Shown here in pieces: positions 48,385 through 60,979 of a DNA stretch of 64,000 bases (positions are counted from its first letter, which is position 1; each line of letters begins with the position of its first letter). The notes beneath the pieces are model-generated. The model was not told the origin of the DNA and searched no databases. It saw only the letters and a list, made by a program, of their open reading frames with translations. The translations under genes were made by a program, and so were the position numbers. The stretch is from an uncultured Trueperaceae bacterium. Its GTDB lineage: Bacteria; Deinococcota; Deinococci; Deinococcales; Trueperaceae. Where the stretch lies: positions 448,001-512,000 of the forward strand of contig CAVSGP010000004.1 in the NCBI GenBank assembly GCA_963727505.1, in the 5' to 3' direction.

Positions 48385-48689
48385 GACGACTCCCCCCTCC
48401 AACTTCTCTACGATGTTTTTCCCCTGACGCTAGCGCGCAGCCACTTCGGGCGCTACGGCAGCAAACACGACTTGCACCCTTGGAGGGCACGCGACCAAGC
48501 CGATGGCTCCGCATGCAAACCGACCGCCGGCATCTCTTCTGCCCCCGTCCGATCCCCGTGACCGAGCGCCTCACATCAGAGGGTTCGGCTACGAGTGCGG
48601 GGGCACACCGGCAAGCGCGACGAGAGGGGGTTGATGCCGCGCCGGCACACCTCGCGTAGCGACCCGAACGCCGCCGGCTAGACTGGCCC

Positions 48690-49679
48690 ATGCCGAAGGC
48701 CCGCGTGTTCATCACCCGCCGCCTCCCCGAGGCCGGCCTGGCCCCGCTCCGCGATGCCGACATCGAGATCGACATGCGCGCCGCGGACGATCCCATCGAT
48801 CGTGAGGGTCTGCTGGCCGGCGCCACGGGCGCCGACGCCGTCATCACCCTGCTGACCGACCGCGTCGACGCGGCGTTCCTGAGCGCCGCCGGCGACCGGC
48901 TCCGGATCGTGGCGAACTACGCCGTCGGCTACGACAACATCGACCTGGCCGCCTGTACGCGGCGCGGGGTCGCGGTCGCCAACACCCCCGACGTCCTCAC
49001 CGAAGCCACCGCCGACCAGGCCTTCGCCCTGCTCCTCAGCGTCGCCCGGCGCGTGCGCGAGGGACACGAGCTGGTCGCCTCAGGTGCATGGACGGGCTGG
49101 GAGCCGCTGCAGCTCCTGGGCCGAGATGTGGGTGGGGCGACCCTCGGCATCGTGGGCATGGGCCGGATCGGGCGCGCCGTGGCCCGGCGCGCCCGGGGCT
49201 TCGGCATGAACGTGCTCTACCACAACCGTCACCGCGACCCCGAGACCGAGCGCGAGCTGGGGCCACGCTACGTGGACCTCGGCGAATTGGTCGCGGCCAG
49301 CGACTTCATCAGTCTCCACGCCCCCCTCACCGAGGCAACGCGCCACCTCATCGACGCCGCAGCGCTCGCGCGCATGAAGCCCACGGCCATCCTCATCAAC
49401 ACCGCTCGCGGGCCCGTCGTGGACGAGGCAGCGCTGGCGAACGCGCTTCGACGCGGGGCCCTGGGGGGCGCGGGTCTGGACGTCTTCGAACACGAGCCCC
49501 AGGTGCACGCCGGCCTCATGGAGCTCGACAACGTGGTGTTGACGCCCCACACCGGCTCCGCCACCGAGAGCGCCCGCACGGCGATGGCGCGGTTGGCGTC
49601 CGAGGCGGTGGTTGCCGCGCTCGCAGGACGCACAACCGGCAACATCCTGAACCTGGAAGCGCTCGATTCGGCCTCGTAG
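48690..49679 (+). CDS. D-2-hydroxyacid dehydrogenase (glyoxylate reductase/D-glycerate dehydrogenase family)
   Basis: AVGYDNID, NTPDVLTEATAD, GMGRIG, INTARG, LDVFEHEP, PHTGSAT. Confidence 0.93.
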   Translation: MPKARVFITRRLPEAGLAPLRDADIEIDMRAADDPIDREGLLAGATGADAVITLLTDRVDAAFLSAAGDRLRIVANYAVGYDNIDLAACTRRGVAVANTPDVLTEATADQAFALLLSVARRVREGHELVASGAWTGWEPLQLLGRDVGGATLGIVGMGRIGRAVARRARGFGMNVLYHNRHRDPETERELGPRYVDLGELVAASDFISLHAPLTEATRHLIDAAALARMKPTAILINTARGPVVDEAALANALRRGALGGAGLDVFEHEPQVHAGLMELDNVVLTPHTGSATESARTAMARLASEAVVAALAGRTTGNILNLEALDSAS

Positions 49680-49992
49680 GTCGCCGGTTCGCAACCTACA
49701 AGAGACAAACGTCCCGAATTCGCCACCCGTTTGCGGCGCTAGTGATAGACTCGGCCAGGTGCGGCAACCTGGCTCCGTGTTCGACAAGAGCGGGCCGGGG
49801 CGCCAAACCGAGGGCCCACACCTTCCCATCAACACGCCCGTGAGCGGTTCATCGTGTCGGGCGTAAGTACCTTCAGGAGCGCCGGGGCACTGCGCGGGGG
49901 TCGAAGGGAACGGTACGTCGGTGGGAGCGTGGCCCCAAACCAAGACCAGGGTGGAGGCTCAGCGCCGGTCCGCCCCCGTGGAGTGAGCGTGC

Positions 49993-50952
49993 GTGCATAG
50001 TCTTTACTCAAATGTTGCCTCGGTGCTGAGCCCGGCCTCGCCTTATGCGGCGGAAATCGGCCGGCTGTTCTGGATCACGCTCTGGATCTCGTTGGTGATC
50101 CTGGTGGCCGTCAGCGCCTTCGTCATCTTCAACCTCATCCGCTACCGGGACCGCGGGCAGGAAGGGCTGCCTCCGCAGACCCACGGCAACATGGTCGTCG
50201 AGGTCACCTGGACGGCCATCCCGCTGGCCATCCTGGTCGTGCTCTTCGTCCTGACGATGCAGACCATGGCCGCCGTGTCTCCGCCGGCACACCCCAAGAC
50301 GCCCCCGGTGAACGTGGACGTCATCGCCCATCAGTGGTGGTGGGAGTTCCGCTACCCCGGCTCGAAGGTGGTCACCGCCAACGAGCTCCACATCCCGGTC
50401 GGCAAGAGCATCCACATCCAGCTCACCTCGGTCGACGTCATCCACGACTTCTGGGTGCCTGAGCTCGGACGCAAGATGGACGCCGTCCCCGGTCACCCCA
50501 ACACCATGCTGATCCAGGCCGACCGGCCCGGCGTCTACCTCGGCGCCTGCGCCGAGTACTGCGGAGCCGGCCACGCCTGGATGCGCATCCGCGTCGTCGC
50601 CCAGACCGAGGCGGACTACCAGAACTGGCTGGCGTCGCAGGCCCAGCCACACCCGGAACCCAAGAGCGCCCTGCAGGCCAACGGCAAGGCCCTGTTCGTG
50701 GGCCTCACGTGCTCGAGCTGCCACACGATGACGGGTTCGGGCGCCCCGCCCAGCAAGGACGTGGGGCCCGATCTGACGCACCTCGGCGACCGGCAGACGC
50801 TGGCCGCGGGCGTGGTGCCCAACACCCCGGATGAGCTGCGGAAGTGGCTGGCCGACCCCAACAGCATCAAACCTGGTTCGAACATGCCGAACCTTCACCT
50901 CTCGTCACAGCAGCTCGACGCGCTGGTCGCCTACCTGGAGGCAAAACCGTGA
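49993..50952 (+). CDS. coxB: Cytochrome c oxidase subunit II with fused cytochrome c (caa3 type)
   Basis: EVTWT, HQWWWEF, DVIHDFW, CuA CAEYCGAGHAWM, C-terminal CSSCH. Confidence 0.95.
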   Translation: MHSLYSNVASVLSPASPYAAEIGRLFWITLWISLVILVAVSAFVIFNLIRYRDRGQEGLPPQTHGNMVVEVTWTAIPLAILVVLFVLTMQTMAAVSPPAHPKTPPVNVDVIAHQWWWEFRYPGSKVVTANELHIPVGKSIHIQLTSVDVIHDFWVPELGRKMDAVPGHPNTMLIQADRPGVYLGACAEYCGAGHAWMRIRVVAQTEADYQNWLASQAQPHPEPKSALQANGKALFVGLTCSSCHTMTGSGAPPSKDVGPDLTHLGDRQTLAAGVVPNTPDELRKWLADPNSIKPGSNMPNLHLSSQQLDALVAYLEAKP

Positions 50953-52622
50953 GACAGGAGCCGATCGCCCCTCACGCCCTCCCCTTCCCCCCGTTGAACA
51001 AGGGGTGGGGCTGGCTGGCGTGGTTCTCCACGACGGACCACAAGAAGATCGGCATCCTTTACATGGTGACGTCGCTGTTCTTCTTCGGGGTCGGCGGCAT
51101 CGAGGCTCTCCTGATCCGCATCCAGCTGGCTGCGCCCAACGCCAAGGTGCTGACACCGCAGGAGTACGACGCCATCTTCACCATGCACGGCACGACCATG
51201 ATCTTCCTGGTGGTGATGCCGCTGTTCATCGGCGTCGCCAACTACCTGGTGCCGTTGATGATCGGCGCGCGTGACGTCGCTTTCCCGCGCCTGAACGCCC
51301 TGGGTTATTGGGTGTTCCTGCTTGGCGGCGTCGTCATCTATCTGGCGCTGTTCACGGGTAGTCTCGCCGACGCCGGTTGGTTCAGCTATGCCCCCCTGAG
51401 CGAGGCAGCCTACTCGTCGAGACCGGGTGTCGACTACTGGATCGTCGGCCTCATCGAGACCGGGGTCGGCACCATCGGGGCGGCGGTCAACCTGCTTGCC
51501 ACGATCGTGCGCTATCGCGCCCCCGGAATGACGTGGCGGCGCATGCCGCTCTTCGTGTGGATGATGATGATCACCAGCCTGATCATCCTCTACGCGCTGA
51601 CGCCACTCAACGCCGGCCTCATCATGCTGCTCGGCGATCGCATCCTCCACCTGCACTTCTTCCGTGCCAACGTGAGCGGCGGCTCGGCCATCTTGTGGCA
51701 GCACATCTTCTGGTTCTTCGGGCACCCCGAGGTCTACATCATGGCGCTCCCCGCCTTCGGCATGATGTCGGAGGTCGTGCCGGTGTTCTCGCGCAAACCG
51801 ATCTTCGGCTACACCTTCGTCGTCGGATCGGGCATCGCCATCGGCCTGCTGAGCTTCGCGGTGTGGGTACACCACATGTTCGCCGTCGGCCTGAGCACGC
51901 CCATGAACGCGGCCTTCAGCGCCGCCAGCATGCTCATCGCGGTGCCGACGGGCGTGAAGATCTTCAACTGGAGCACCACCATGTTCCAGGGCAAGTTGCG
52001 CCTCGACACTCCCCTGCTGTTCGCCGCAGCCTTCATCATCCAGTTCGTCATCGGCGGCATCACCGGCGTCATGTTCGCCGCCGTCCCCATCGATTGGCAG
52101 CTCACCGACAGCTACTTCGTGGTCGCGCACTTCCACTACGTGCTCTTCGGCGGCTCGATGTTCGCGCTGTGGGCGGGCATGTACTACTGGTACCCGAAGA
52201 TCACCGGCCGCCTGATGGACGAACGGCTCGGGAAGTGGCACTTCTGGCTGGCCGTCATCGGCTTCAACATGACCTTCTTCGTGCAGCACATCCTGGGCCT
52301 CGTCGGTATGCCGCGGCGCGTGTACACCTACCCGAACCTGCCCGGCTACGGCACCATGAACATGATCTCCACCATCGGCGCCTTCATCCTCGCAGTGGCC
52401 GTCCTGTTGTTCTTGTGGAACCTCGTGGTGAGCTTCCGGCGCGGCAAGATCGCGGGGGACAACCCTTGGGATGCCTGGACGCTGGAGTGGGCGACGACAT
52501 CGCCGCCCCCCGAGCACAACTTCGAGAAGCTCCCCCCTGTTCATAGCGCGCGGCCCCTGTTCGACCTGGCGCACCCCGAAATGGCCGACAACCCCAAGTA
52601 CCGCACGGAGGCCAAGGCATGA
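50949..52622 (+). CDS. coxA: Cytochrome c oxidase subunit I (A1 type)
   Basis: TDHKKIG, HGTTMIF, WFFGHPEVY, VWVHHMF, VVAHFHYV, GMPRR. Confidence 0.97.
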   Translation: MRQEPIAPHALPFPPLNKGWGWLAWFSTTDHKKIGILYMVTSLFFFGVGGIEALLIRIQLAAPNAKVLTPQEYDAIFTMHGTTMIFLVVMPLFIGVANYLVPLMIGARDVAFPRLNALGYWVFLLGGVVIYLALFTGSLADAGWFSYAPLSEAAYSSRPGVDYWIVGLIETGVGTIGAAVNLLATIVRYRAPGMTWRRMPLFVWMMMITSLIILYALTPLNAGLIMLLGDRILHLHFFRANVSGGSAILWQHIFWFFGHPEVYIMALPAFGMMSEVVPVFSRKPIFGYTFVVGSGIAIGLLSFAVWVHHMFAVGLSTPMNAAFSAASMLIAVPTGVKIFNWSTTMFQGKLRLDTPLLFAAAFIIQFVIGGITGVMFAAVPIDWQLTDSYFVVAHFHYVLFGGSMFALWAGMYYWYPKITGRLMDERLGKWHFWLAVIGFNMTFFVQHILGLVGMPRRVYTYPNLPGYGTMNMISTIGAFILAVAVLLFLWNLVVSFRRGKIAGDNPWDAWTLEWATTSPPPEHNFEKLPPVHSARPLFDLAHPEMADNPKYRTEAKA

Positions 52623-53200
52623 CGACGGCCAACTCGACTGCCAAGACGGGACCGACCATGAACCGCCACAAGGTGGGCATGCTGTTCTTCATCAGCTCGG
52701 AGATCTTCTTCTTCTTGACGCTGCTCTCCAGCTATGCCTACCTCAGCGGTGCGTTCGGCAACCTGCCCCGTGAGAGCCTGGCGGTGCCCCGGACGTTGCT
52801 GTTCAGCCTCTTCCTGTTCTCCAGCAGCCTCACCATCTGGTTCGCCGAGCGCGCCTTCCACCGCGGCAAGCATGCGGCCTTCCGCGGTTGGATGCTCGCG
52901 ACGATAGCGCTGGGCCTGGTGTTCCTGGCCGGCCAGGCGATCGAGTACACGGAGCTGATCCGGACCGGCATCACCCTCAACTACGACGTCTTCAGCTCCG
53001 CGTTCTTCACCCTGACAGGCTTCCACGGCCTCCACGTGGTCACAGGGCTCATCATGCTCGGGTCGCTCACGGGCCTGAGCTTCGCGGGCAAGCTCGGCCC
53101 CGAGAACGAGTCTGCCGTAGCCACCATCTCCTACTACTGGCACTTCGTCGACGCCGTCTGGGTCGCGGTGTTCACCGTGGCCTACCTCATCTTCATCTGA
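52619..53200 (+). CDS. coxC: Cytochrome c oxidase subunit III
   Basis: FISSEIFFF, FFTLTGFHGLHV, YWHFVDAVW. Confidence 0.95.
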   Translation: MTTANSTAKTGPTMNRHKVGMLFFISSEIFFFLTLLSSYAYLSGAFGNLPRESLAVPRTLLFSLFLFSSSLTIWFAERAFHRGKHAAFRGWMLATIALGLVFLAGQAIEYTELIRTGITLNYDVFSSAFFTLTGFHGLHVVTGLIMLGSLTGLSFAGKLGPENESAVATISYYWHFVDAVWVAVFTVAYLIFI

Positions 53201-53202
53201 TC

Positions 53203-54180
53203 ATGACGACTGCTCACCTCTTCACCATCGCCTGGAGCCCGGATCCGTCCGTGATCGGCGGCAGCCTGGCCCTCGCGGTGGCCTACCTGATGTGGCTCAG
53301 GCGCCGCCTGGGCGCGCGGGCGATCGTGTTCCTGGCCGGGGTCGCGGTCATGCTGTTCGCGCTGGTGGGGCCCTTGGACCGCATCGGTGAGCTGTACCTC
53401 TTCAGCGTGCACATGGTCCAGCACCTTCTGCTGATCCTGGTGGTCCCGCCGCTGCTGCTCTGGGGGCTGCCACCCGAGGCCACCCGGCGCCTTCTGCGAG
53501 GGGGCGTCGTGCACCGCGTCGAGCGGGTCCTGGGGAGACCGCTGGTCGCTCTGCCCGTGGCCATCGTGACGCTCTGGGGCTGGCACCTGCCCGCCCTCTA
53601 CGACCTGGCCCTGCGCAACGAGAGCGTGCACGCCCTGGAACATCTGCTCTTCCTGGCGACCGCCACGATGTTCTGGTGGCCTGTGCTGAGGCCGGAGAAG
53701 GAGCGCCGCTTGAGCCCGCCGGCGGCCATGGCCTACCTCTTCGCCGGCATGGCGTCCGACGCCGGCCTGGGCGTGGCCCTGACCTTCTCGCCGACCCCGC
53801 TGTACGCCTTCTACGCCCATCCGCCGGACCCCTACGGCGCACTCCCGCTGATCCGGGAGACCTGGCGCGTGAGCGTCCTGAGCGATCAGCAGATGGGCGG
53901 CCTGGCGATGTGGATCCCGGGCGGGATCTTCTACATCGTGGCGATCCTGGCGGAGTTCGGGCTGTGGTTCGGTGAGCCGGAGGCGGACGAGAACGCGGTC
54001 CTCGGATCCGGCCCGCAGCCGGACGCCCGACAAGGGCAAGAGCCGTTGGGGACCGGTATCGGTCAGGACTCCGTAGCGCCGGAACGTGCGGCCTCGACAA
54101 CGGTTCCGGCGGTCTCCGCCCAGCGAAATGCCTGGTATGACCCTGCTGCCATCGGCGGCATCCTGGAAGGAGCACGATGA
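53203..54180 (+). CDS. ctaG: caa3-type oxidase assembly factor CtaG
   Basis: LFSVHMVQHLLL, WHLPALYD, HALEH, DQQMGGLAMWIPG. Confidence 0.9.
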   Translation: MTTAHLFTIAWSPDPSVIGGSLALAVAYLMWLRRRLGARAIVFLAGVAVMLFALVGPLDRIGELYLFSVHMVQHLLLILVVPPLLLWGLPPEATRRLLRGGVVHRVERVLGRPLVALPVAIVTLWGWHLPALYDLALRNESVHALEHLLFLATATMFWWPVLRPEKERRLSPPAAMAYLFAGMASDAGLGVALTFSPTPLYAFYAHPPDPYGALPLIRETWRVSVLSDQQMGGLAMWIPGGIFYIVAILAEFGLWFGEPEADENAVLGSGPQPDARQGQEPLGTGIGQDSVAPERAASTTVPAVSAQRNAWYDPAAIGGILEGAR

Positions 54181-54401
54181 ACGACAAGGACAGCATCGAG
54201 TGGCAGGAGCCCCGGGATATGCTCATCCCGCGCCCTACGGCGTGGCCCCTGGGCGTCGCCTTCGGCATCACCTTCCTGCTTCTGGGGCTGATCACGCACT
54301 GGATCGTGGCCCTGGCGGGCTTCCTCGTCTTCGTTACCTCGATCGTGGGTTGGATGGGAGAGATGATTCGTGACGGACAAGCCGACGAGTCCCACGGCTG
54401 A
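54177..54401 (+). CDS. Cytochrome c oxidase subunit IV-like small membrane protein
   Basis: PRPTAWP plus two TM helices ending GWMGE; operon position. Confidence 0.7.
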   Translation: MNDKDSIEWQEPRDMLIPRPTAWPLGVAFGITFLLLGLITHWIVALAGFLVFVTSIVGWMGEMIRDGQADESHG

Positions 54402-54930
54402 GGGCGGATCCCCGCAGCACGGCCCCGAGGGCGACCCGGACCGCCGGAAGTTCCTGGCGCGTCTGAGCGTGGCGCTGGGGGCGTTCGCGGGCCTCCTGGT
54501 GGGGATCCCGGTACTGGGTGCGGTACTCAAACCCATGGTCGCGCGGGAACCGCGCGTGTGGCGCAGCGTCGGCGCGATCGACGACTTCAAGGTGGGTTCG
54601 ACCGTCGCGGTCAGCTACGAGAACGGCGCGACGAAGTCCTGGGCGGGCGTGACCGGTAGGACGGCCGCTTACCTGCGGCGCGACGGCGAGTCCGCCTTCA
54701 CCTGCTTCACGGTGAACTGTTCGCACCTCGGCTGCCCCGTGCGCTGGGAGCAGTCCTCAGACATGTTCATGTGCCCGTGCCACGGCGGTGTGTACTACGC
54801 CAACGGCGACGTGGCCGCCGGCCCGCCGCCGCGGCCGCTGGCCCGCTACCCCGTGCGCGTGCGCGGCGGTAACGTCGAGATCCAGACCACTCCCCTGCCG
54901 ATCGACGGCCGGGTGCCGCGGTCGAGCTGA
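54370..54930 (+). CDS. qcrA: Rieske iron-sulfur protein of a Rieske/cytochrome b complex
   Basis: Tat motif DRRKFL, CSHLGC and CPCHGGVY, GPPPRPL. Confidence 0.93.
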   Translation: MTDKPTSPTAEGGSPQHGPEGDPDRRKFLARLSVALGAFAGLLVGIPVLGAVLKPMVAREPRVWRSVGAIDDFKVGSTVAVSYENGATKSWAGVTGRTAAYLRRDGESAFTCFTVNCSHLGCPVRWEQSSDMFMCPCHGGVYYANGDVAAGPPPRPLARYPVRVRGGNVEIQTTPLPIDGRVPRSS

Positions 54931-54940
54931 GGTGCTGGGC

Positions 54941-56350
54941 ATGTTCCGTCGAATAGGCAACTGGATCGAAGAACGCACCGGCATCGGTGAGCTCATCAGC
55001 CCCGTCATGTCCCACCTCGTGCCGCGCGGCTCGAGCTGGATGTACGTCTTCGGCAGCGCCACGCTGTTCGCGTTCCTCCTGCAGATCGTCACCGGCATCG
55101 CACTGAGCTTCGTCTACGTCCCGTCGTCGAGCCAGGCGTACGACAGTCTGAAGTTCATCACCGAGAACTCGGCACTCGACCACTTCCTGCGCTCGGTGCA
55201 CTACTTCGGTGCTTCCGCCATGATCCTGATGGTGGGGCTGCACATGTTGCGCACGTTCCTGTTCGCCTCTTACAAGTACCCGCGCGAGGCGAGCTGGATG
55301 AGCGGTACGGTGCTGCTGTTCCTCACGCTCGCCATGGGCTTCACGGGGCAGATCCTGCGTTGGGACCAGACCGCCATCTGGTCGGTGGTGGTGGGTGCGC
55401 AACAGGCCGGCTACGTACCGCTCATCGGACCGGCACTGGCACGCTTCATGCTGGCGGGCGAAAGCCTGGGCGGCCAGACGCTCAGCCAGTTCTTCGCGCT
55501 GCACGTGTTCGTCTTCCCCGTACTGATCGGCGCGCTGCTCGGGCCGCACCTGTGGATGGTCATCCGCAACGGCATCTCGGAGCCCCCCAAGCGGGGCAAG
55601 CCGGTCGACCCCAGGACCTACAACGAGGAGTATCACGAGCTCCTCGAGAAGGACGGCATCCCGTTCTGGCCCGATGCCGCCTGGCGCGATGTGGCCTTCG
55701 CGGTCGCCATGATCGTGGCGATCGTGGGCCTGGCGATCGTTCTGGGGCCGCCCCACCTCGTCGATGCCCCGAACCCCACCAACCTCGTCACGGAGCCCAA
55801 GCCGGACTGGTACCTGTTGTGGTACTTCGGCGTGCTGGCGCTCATCCCGCACGCCTGGACCCCGTACGTCATCATCGGCGGCCCCGGCGTCGTGTTCTTG
55901 ACCCTGTTCCTGATGCCGCTGTTCGCGCGCGCCGGGGAACGGCACCCGCTGCGGCGCCCGTGGGCGCTGGGCACGGTCGCGGTGGTGGTGGTCGCGATCG
56001 CCGCCTTCTGGTCGCTGGCGACCTGGGAGCCGTGGTCCCCACGCTTCGACGCGCCACCGTTGTCGGCCCAGGCGATCGGGAACGTCAGCGCGGAGGCGCA
56101 GCACGGTGCACAGCTCTTCCACGACAAGGGTTGCATCGAGTGCCACCGTATCGGCAACGACGGTGGCTACCGCGGCCCCGACCTGACCAACGTCGGCAAC
56201 CGCCTCGACGCCAAGGAACTCACCTGGCGCATCGCCAACGGCGGCTACAACATGCCGTCGTTCGCTCGCATCCTTTCGTCCAAGGAACTCGACGACCTGG
56301 TGGCGTTCCTGGAAACGCGCAAGCCCAGTCTGAGCGCCGAGTCGAAGTAG
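54941..56350 (+). CDS. qcrB: Cytochrome b fused to subunit IV and a C-terminal cytochrome c
   Basis: RSVHYFGAS...HMLR, FFALHVF...HL, KPDWY, C-terminal CIECH and GPDL. Confidence 0.92.
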   Translation: MFRRIGNWIEERTGIGELISPVMSHLVPRGSSWMYVFGSATLFAFLLQIVTGIALSFVYVPSSSQAYDSLKFITENSALDHFLRSVHYFGASAMILMVGLHMLRTFLFASYKYPREASWMSGTVLLFLTLAMGFTGQILRWDQTAIWSVVVGAQQAGYVPLIGPALARFMLAGESLGGQTLSQFFALHVFVFPVLIGALLGPHLWMVIRNGISEPPKRGKPVDPRTYNEEYHELLEKDGIPFWPDAAWRDVAFAVAMIVAIVGLAIVLGPPHLVDAPNPTNLVTEPKPDWYLLWYFGVLALIPHAWTPYVIIGGPGVVFLTLFLMPLFARAGERHPLRRPWALGTVAVVVVAIAAFWSLATWEPWSPRFDAPPLSAQAIGNVSAEAQHGAQLFHDKGCIECHRIGNDGGYRGPDLTNVGNRLDAKELTWRIANGGYNMPSFARILSSKELDDLVAFLETRKPSLSAESK

Positions 56351-56353
56351 ACG

Positions 56354-56403
56354 GTAACGACGAACGCCGCGGCGCCTCAGGGCGCCGCGGCGTTCGTCGT
56401 TAC
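56354..56403. terminator. Perfect 23-bp inverted repeat between convergent qcrB and gyrB
   Basis: GTAACGACGAACGCCGCGGCGCC-TCAG-GGCGCCGCGGCGTTCGTCGTTAC. Confidence 0.85.
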
Positions 56404-56431
56404 GCAGCCCGCCCGAAGGGCGACGAAAGCG

Positions 56432-58475
<2,044 letters not shown>

Positions 58476-58483
58476 AACACTTT

Positions 58484-58500
58484 TGCCGTCAGGGACGCAA
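58484..58500. promoter_or_regulatory. Candidate RDRM (DdrO operator) upstream of gyrB
   Basis: 17-bp quasi-palindrome TTGCGTCCCTGACGGCA (minus), one deviation from TTNYGY-N5-RCRNAA. Confidence 0.5.
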
Positions 58501-58633
58501 CTCCATACCATGCGTGCGGGTCCGTCCGGCGCCGCGGGGCACTGCGCGCCGTTCACGTTCGCCTAACGCGCCACCGGTAGCCTCGGCAGCGGACGCGCAA
58601 CGGTAGCAGCGCGTTCGTGACGAGAGGAGACGC

Positions 58634-59077
58634 ATGAACCGACGAACGTTGCTGTGGGGGCTGGTGGCCGTCGTGGCCTTCACCATCTTGATCCAGTTCG
58701 TGCCCTTCCCGGGCCTCGGAAGCAACCCTCCCGTGGTGGCCGAACCGAAATGGGACAGCACCACCACCCGCACCCTGGCCGTGCGCGCCTGTTACGACTG
58801 CCACAGCAATCGGACCCGCTGGCCCTGGTACAGCCGGGTCGCCCCCGTCTCCTGGGTCGTCGCCCACCACGTGTCCGAAGGCCGAACCGCTCTCAACTTC
58901 TCCGACCCCTCGGCCTCTCGCGTGAGCGCCGAGCGCGCCGCGCGCGCCGTCACCGACCACGCCATGCCCCCCTTCTACTACACCTGGCTTCACCCCGGCG
59001 CCGCGCTCAGCCCAGCCGAACGCACGACGCTGGCGGCAGGACTCCGCGCCAGCCTGGGGAAGACCGCCCAGCGCTAG
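58634..59077 (+). CDS. Heme-binding domain protein (c-type, CxxCH)
   Basis: N-terminal TM, RACYDCHSN.T.WPWYS.VAPVSW, EGR..LNFS, MPP..Y..LHP. Confidence 0.88.
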   Translation: MNRRTLLWGLVAVVAFTILIQFVPFPGLGSNPPVVAEPKWDSTTTRTLAVRACYDCHSNRTRWPWYSRVAPVSWVVAHHVSEGRTALNFSDPSASRVSAERAARAVTDHAMPPFYYTWLHPGAALSPAERTTLAAGLRASLGKTAQR

Positions 59078-59152
59078 ATCCGGTCGGCTGCAACCCGGCG
59101 GGGCCGTTTGCCCACTGCGCACGCGCGCCCCGTCCGTTACCCTGGTGGCGAC

Positions 59153-59818
<666 letters not shown>

Positions 59819-59821
59819 CGG

Positions 59822-60979
59822 GTGCGGCTCCGCGGCCAGCTCATGATCGCCGTGACGCTGGTAGCGCTGGCAGCGGTCACCGTCACAGCGCTGTTGAGCG
59901 TCCAGGTGGCGACGCAGCGCGTCGGCCGACTGTTCGACACCCCCGCCACCCAGGACGCCGGGCGCGTGCCGGCCGCGCGGGGCGCGGGTCCGGGGATGGC
60001 CGCCGGCGCGGGCCCCGCCTTCGCCGACGTACGCCGGGCAACGCTGCGACGCGACCTGTGGCGCGCCAACCTGCAGTCCGCGGGGATCGCGTTGCTGGTG
60101 GCGGCGGCGGTCGGCATGGCACTGGCGGCACGGCTCGCCCGGCCGCTGCGCGCCCTCACGGCCACAGCCAATCGCTACGCCGCCGGCGAGCGCGCCACCC
60201 GCGCCGACGAGACCGGTCGCGACGAGGTGGCGGAGGTCGCGCACGCGTTCAACCGCATGGCGGACAGCCTGCGCCTCGAGGAGCAGCAGCAGCAGAGGCT
60301 CATCGCCGACATCGCCCACGAGCTCCGGACGCCCCTGACGATCCTGAAGGGGGAGCTCGAGGCCCTCGAGGACGGCCTGCTCGAGCCCGAGACCGCGACC
60401 TTCCGCCGCCTGGGCGAGGAGGTCACCCTGCTCGAACGCCTGGTGCACGACCTGCGCCTGCTCACCCAGGCGGAGAGCGGCGAGCTGTCGCTGCGCCGTC
60501 AGCGCGTGGACCTCGCCGCCCTGGCGCGCGAGGCGACCGCCTCGTTCGCCGCGCACGCGCGGCACCGCGACGTGACCGTCGTTCCCGACGTCGCGTCCGT
60601 CATCCTGGAAGGCGACCCGGATCGCCTGCGCCAGGTCCTCGCGAACCTGCTGGAGAATGCGGTGCGCCACGCGCCGCCGGGCAGCCGCGTGGATGTGGGC
60701 CTTGGGCGGGACGACGAGCACGCAATCCTCACCGTGAGGGACCGGGGCGAAGGCATCCCGGAGGAGCAACGCGAACGGGTGTTCCAGCGTTTCTACCGGG
60801 TCGATCGCGCGCGCAGCCGCGCCACCGGCGGGTCGGGTCTGGGCCTGGCCATCGTGCGCACGCTGGTGGAGCTGCACGGCGGCTCGGTGGCGGCCGCCTC
60901 CCACCCGGACGGGGGCGCCGTGCTCACGGTGCGCCTGCCGCTCGCGACGGAAGACGGCGGCCCTCAGTCGCGGACCTGA
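59822..60979 (+). CDS. HAMP-domain sensor histidine kinase (BaeS-like)
   Basis: Two TMs, HAMP, AHELRTPL, NLLENAVRH, DRGEGI, GGSGLGLAI. Confidence 0.95.
   Translation: MRLRGQLMIAVTLVALAAVTVTALLSVQVATQRVGRLFDTPATQDAGRVPAARGAGPGMAAGAGPAFADVRRATLRRDLWRANLQSAGIALLVAAAVGMALAARLARPLRALTATANRYAAGERATRADETGRDEVAEVAHAFNRMADSLRLEEQQQQRLIADIAHELRTPLTILKGELEALEDGLLEPETATFRRLGEEVTLLERLVHDLRLLTQAESGELSLRRQRVDLAALAREATASFAAHARHRDVTVVPDVASVILEGDPDRLRQVLANLLENAVRHAPPGSRVDVGLGRDDEHAILTVRDRGEGIPEEQRERVFQRFYRVDRARSRATGGSGLGLAIVRTLVELHGGSVAAASHPDGGAVLTVRLPLATEDGGPQSRT

Noticed and set aside
47357..48690. Second island integrated at tRNA-Ala
   Set aside because: No duplicated tRNA 3' end or integrase found downstream in the window.
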